A stretch of 64,000 nucleotides of DNA from Heterodontus francisci. Taxonomy: Eukaryota. The translations under genes and the position numbers were made by a program. The stretch's first letter is position 1. The number at the start of each line of letters is the position of its first letter. The DNA lies in contig NC_090404.1 in NCBI RefSeq assembly GCF_036365525.1, positions 4,588,001-4,652,000 on the forward strand. The letters run 5' to 3'. Positions 61,120 to 64,000 of this stretch are shown piece after piece. A model generated the notes under the pieces. The model made no database searches. It saw only the letters and a list, made by a program, of their open reading frames with translations, and was not told where the DNA came from.

Positions 61120-64000
61120 TAGAGCTATGCAGGAAAAAAAACAGGCCCTTCGGCCCATTGTGTCTTTCCATTCATCAAGCACCTAACTATTCTAATCCCA
61201 TTTTCCAGCCATTGGCTCAGAGCTTTGTATACTATGGCGTTTCAGGTGCTCATCTATATACTTCTTGCTGTGAGGGTTCCTGCCTCTACCACCTCTTCAG
61301 GCAGTGCATTCTAGATTCCAACCACTCTCTGGGTGAAAATGTTTTCCTCAAATCCACTCTAAACCTCCTGCACCTTCCCTTAAATCTATGCCCCCTGGTT
61401 ATTGACCGCTCGGCTAAGGGAAAATGTTTCTTCCTATCTAACCTATCAATGCTCCTCATAATTTTGTATCCCTCAATCATATCTCCCCTCACACTTCTCT
61501 GCTCTAAGGAAAACAACAGTAGCCTTTTCAGTCTCACTTCACAGCTGAAATGCTCCAGCCCAAGCAGCATCCTGGTGAATCTTCCCAGCACCCTCTCCAG
61601 TGCAATCACATCCTACCTATCGTGTGGTGCCCAGAACTGTGCCCAGTACTCTAGCTGTGGCCTAACTAGCATTTTATACAGCTGAATAATAACCTCCCTG
61701 CTCTGAAATTCTATGCCTCGGCTCATGAAGGCAAGTATCCCAGATGCTTTCCTAACCACCTTATCTACCTGTGCTGCTGCCTTCAGTGATCTATGGACAA
61801 GTACACCAAGGTCCCTCTGACCCAAAATGCATCACATCACACGTCTCAGGATTAAATTCCATTTGCCAAACCTCCACCCATCTTGCCAGCCTATCAACAT
61901 CGTCCTGCAATCTGAGGCTTTCCTCCTCAGTATTTATGACACCACCAATTTTCGTGTCATCTGCGAACCTACTTACCATACCTCCTATGTTCACGTCTAA
62001 ATCATTAATGTACACTAAAAACAGCAAGGGTCGCAGCAACAATCCCTGTGGTACACCACTGGTCACAGGCTTCCACCCACAAAAACAACCCTCGACCATC
62101 ACCCTCTGCCTCCTGCCACTGAGCCCATTTTGGATCCAATTTGCCAAATTGCCTTGGATCCCATGGGCTCTTAGCTTCTTGACCAATCTCCCATGTAGGA
62201 CCTTATCAAAAGTCTAACTGAAGTCCATAAATACTACATCAACTACTTGACTTTCATCCACACATTTCATCACCGACTCAAAAAATTCAATCAAGTTAGT
62301 CAGACACGATCTCCCCCTGACAAAGCAATGCTGACTATCCCTGATTAATCACTGCCTCTCCAATTGGAGATTAATCCTGTCCCTCAGAGATTTTTCCAAT
62401 AGTTTCCCAACCAATGATGTTAGACTCACTGGCCTGTAATAACCTGGTTTATCCCTGCGACACTTCTTAAATAATGGTACCACATTCGCTGTCCTCCAAT
62501 CTTCTGGTACCTCTCCTGTGGCCAGAGAGGATTTGAAACTTTGTGTCAGAGCCCCTGCTATCTCCTCCCTTGCCTCACATAACAGCCTGTGATACATCTC
62601 ATCTGGGCCTGGGGATTTATACAGTTTTCAGCCCGATATAACTGCAAATACGTCTTCCCTTTCAATGCTAATATGTTCAAGTATATCACAATCCCCCTCC
62701 CTGATCTCTACATCTACATCGTCCTTCTCCATAGTGAACACAGATGAAAAGTAATCATTTAAAACCTCACCTATGTTCTCCGTCTCCACACACAGATTGC
62801 CACTTTGGTCCCTAATGTGTCCTACTCTTTCCCTGGTTATCCCCTTGCCTTTAATATACTTGCAAAACGCCTTCGGATTTTCCTTTATCACGCCTGCCAG
62901 TGTTTTTTCATGTCCCCTCTTCGCTCTCCTAATAACTTATTTAAGTAACCCCCTACAATTTCTATACTCCTCTAGTGCCTCCACTGTTTTCAGCACACTG
63001 AATATGCCATAAGTCTACGTTTTTTTACTGATCCAATCCTCTATATCCCTTAACATCCAGGGTTCCCTGAACTTGTTGGTTCTACCCTTCACCTTCCTGG
63101 GTACATGTTGGCTCTGAACTCTCACTATTTCCTCTTTGAATGACTCCCACTGATCTGATGTCGACTTTCCTACAAGTAGCTGCTCTCAGTCCACTTTGGC
63201 CAGATCATGTTTTATCATCCGAAAATCGGCCTTCTCCCAATTCAGTACCTTTATTTTCCGTCCATCTTTGTCCTTTTCCATAACTACCTTAAATCTTGCA
63301 GAGTTATGGACACTATCCCCGAAATGTTCCCCCACTGACACTTCTACCACTTGTCCGACTTCATTCCCTAGGATTAGGTCCAGTACTGCCCCTTCTCTTG
63401 TTTGGACTATCTACGTACTGGCTCAAAAAGCTCTCCTGTATGCATTTTAAGAATTCCGCCCCCTTTAAGCTATTTGCACTGAGACGATCCCAGTTGATAT
63501 AGGGGAAGTTGAAATTCCCTGCTATTATTACCCTATTATTTATACATCTCTCTGAGGTTTGCCTACATATCGGCTCCTCTATCTCTCCCTGACTATTTGG
63601 AGGCCTGTAGTACACTCCCAGCCAAGTGATTGCCCCCTTTGTATTTTTAAGTTCTACCCATTTGAGGAACCTTTTACATATCATCCCTCCTTATTGCAAT
63701 AATTGACTCCTTGATCAACAGTGCAAGGCCAACTCCTCTTTTACACCCTCCCCTACCATGCCTGAAGATTCAATACCCTCGGATACTGAACTGCCAGCAC
63801 TGCCCTTCCCTCAACCATGACCCTGTGACAGCAATAATACCATATTCCCAAGTGCTAATCAACACCCTCAATTCATCTGCCTTACTTGTAACACTCCTTG
63901 CATGAAAATAAATTCAATCCAGCCTTGCATCTTGCACTTGTGCCTTAACAGGTCTATATTTGCTCTGCCTTCCAGAATGACTCAGTTTATATCTATGACT
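61120..64000 (-). mobile_element. CR1 LINE ORF2 (endonuclease plus RT, decayed), same family as 53866-56248, running off the window
   Basis: GVYYRPPNS, WRTANVVPLFKK, FADDTKIGG, LEYWAQFWAP. Confidence 0.9.

Overview
Cartilaginous-fish (shark) genomic DNA; the C-mu translation and D segments closely resemble horn shark (Heterodontus) IgM as I recall it, which needs a BLAST check. The centre of the window holds one complete, unrearranged, apparently functional IgM heavy-chain cluster on the minus strand: L-VH-D1-D2-JH-CH1-CH2-CH3-CH4/secretory tail-TM1-TM2, 24720-40329, with all RSSs and splice sites identifiable. Its 3' end faces, in gap-free sequence, a field of at least five TCR alpha/delta-type V pseudogenes (4.9-15.2 kb, mixed orientation, 23-RSSs). 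One of these has features of a NAR-TCR supporting V-delta. The rest is dominated by CR1/L2 LINEs, Penelope-like elements (some with minimal hammerhead ribozyme cores), V-SINEs, Deu-SINEs and minisatellites. Beyond an assembly gap (42094-42477) lie a 27-bp satellite with four copies of a short exon-like cassette, a decayed IgSF-like gene, and a 34-bp minisatellite whose unit is a DR3 (vitamin-D-response-element-like) motif. All coordinates were read by eye: exon and RSS boundaries were counted base by base, while repeat boundaries are approximate.
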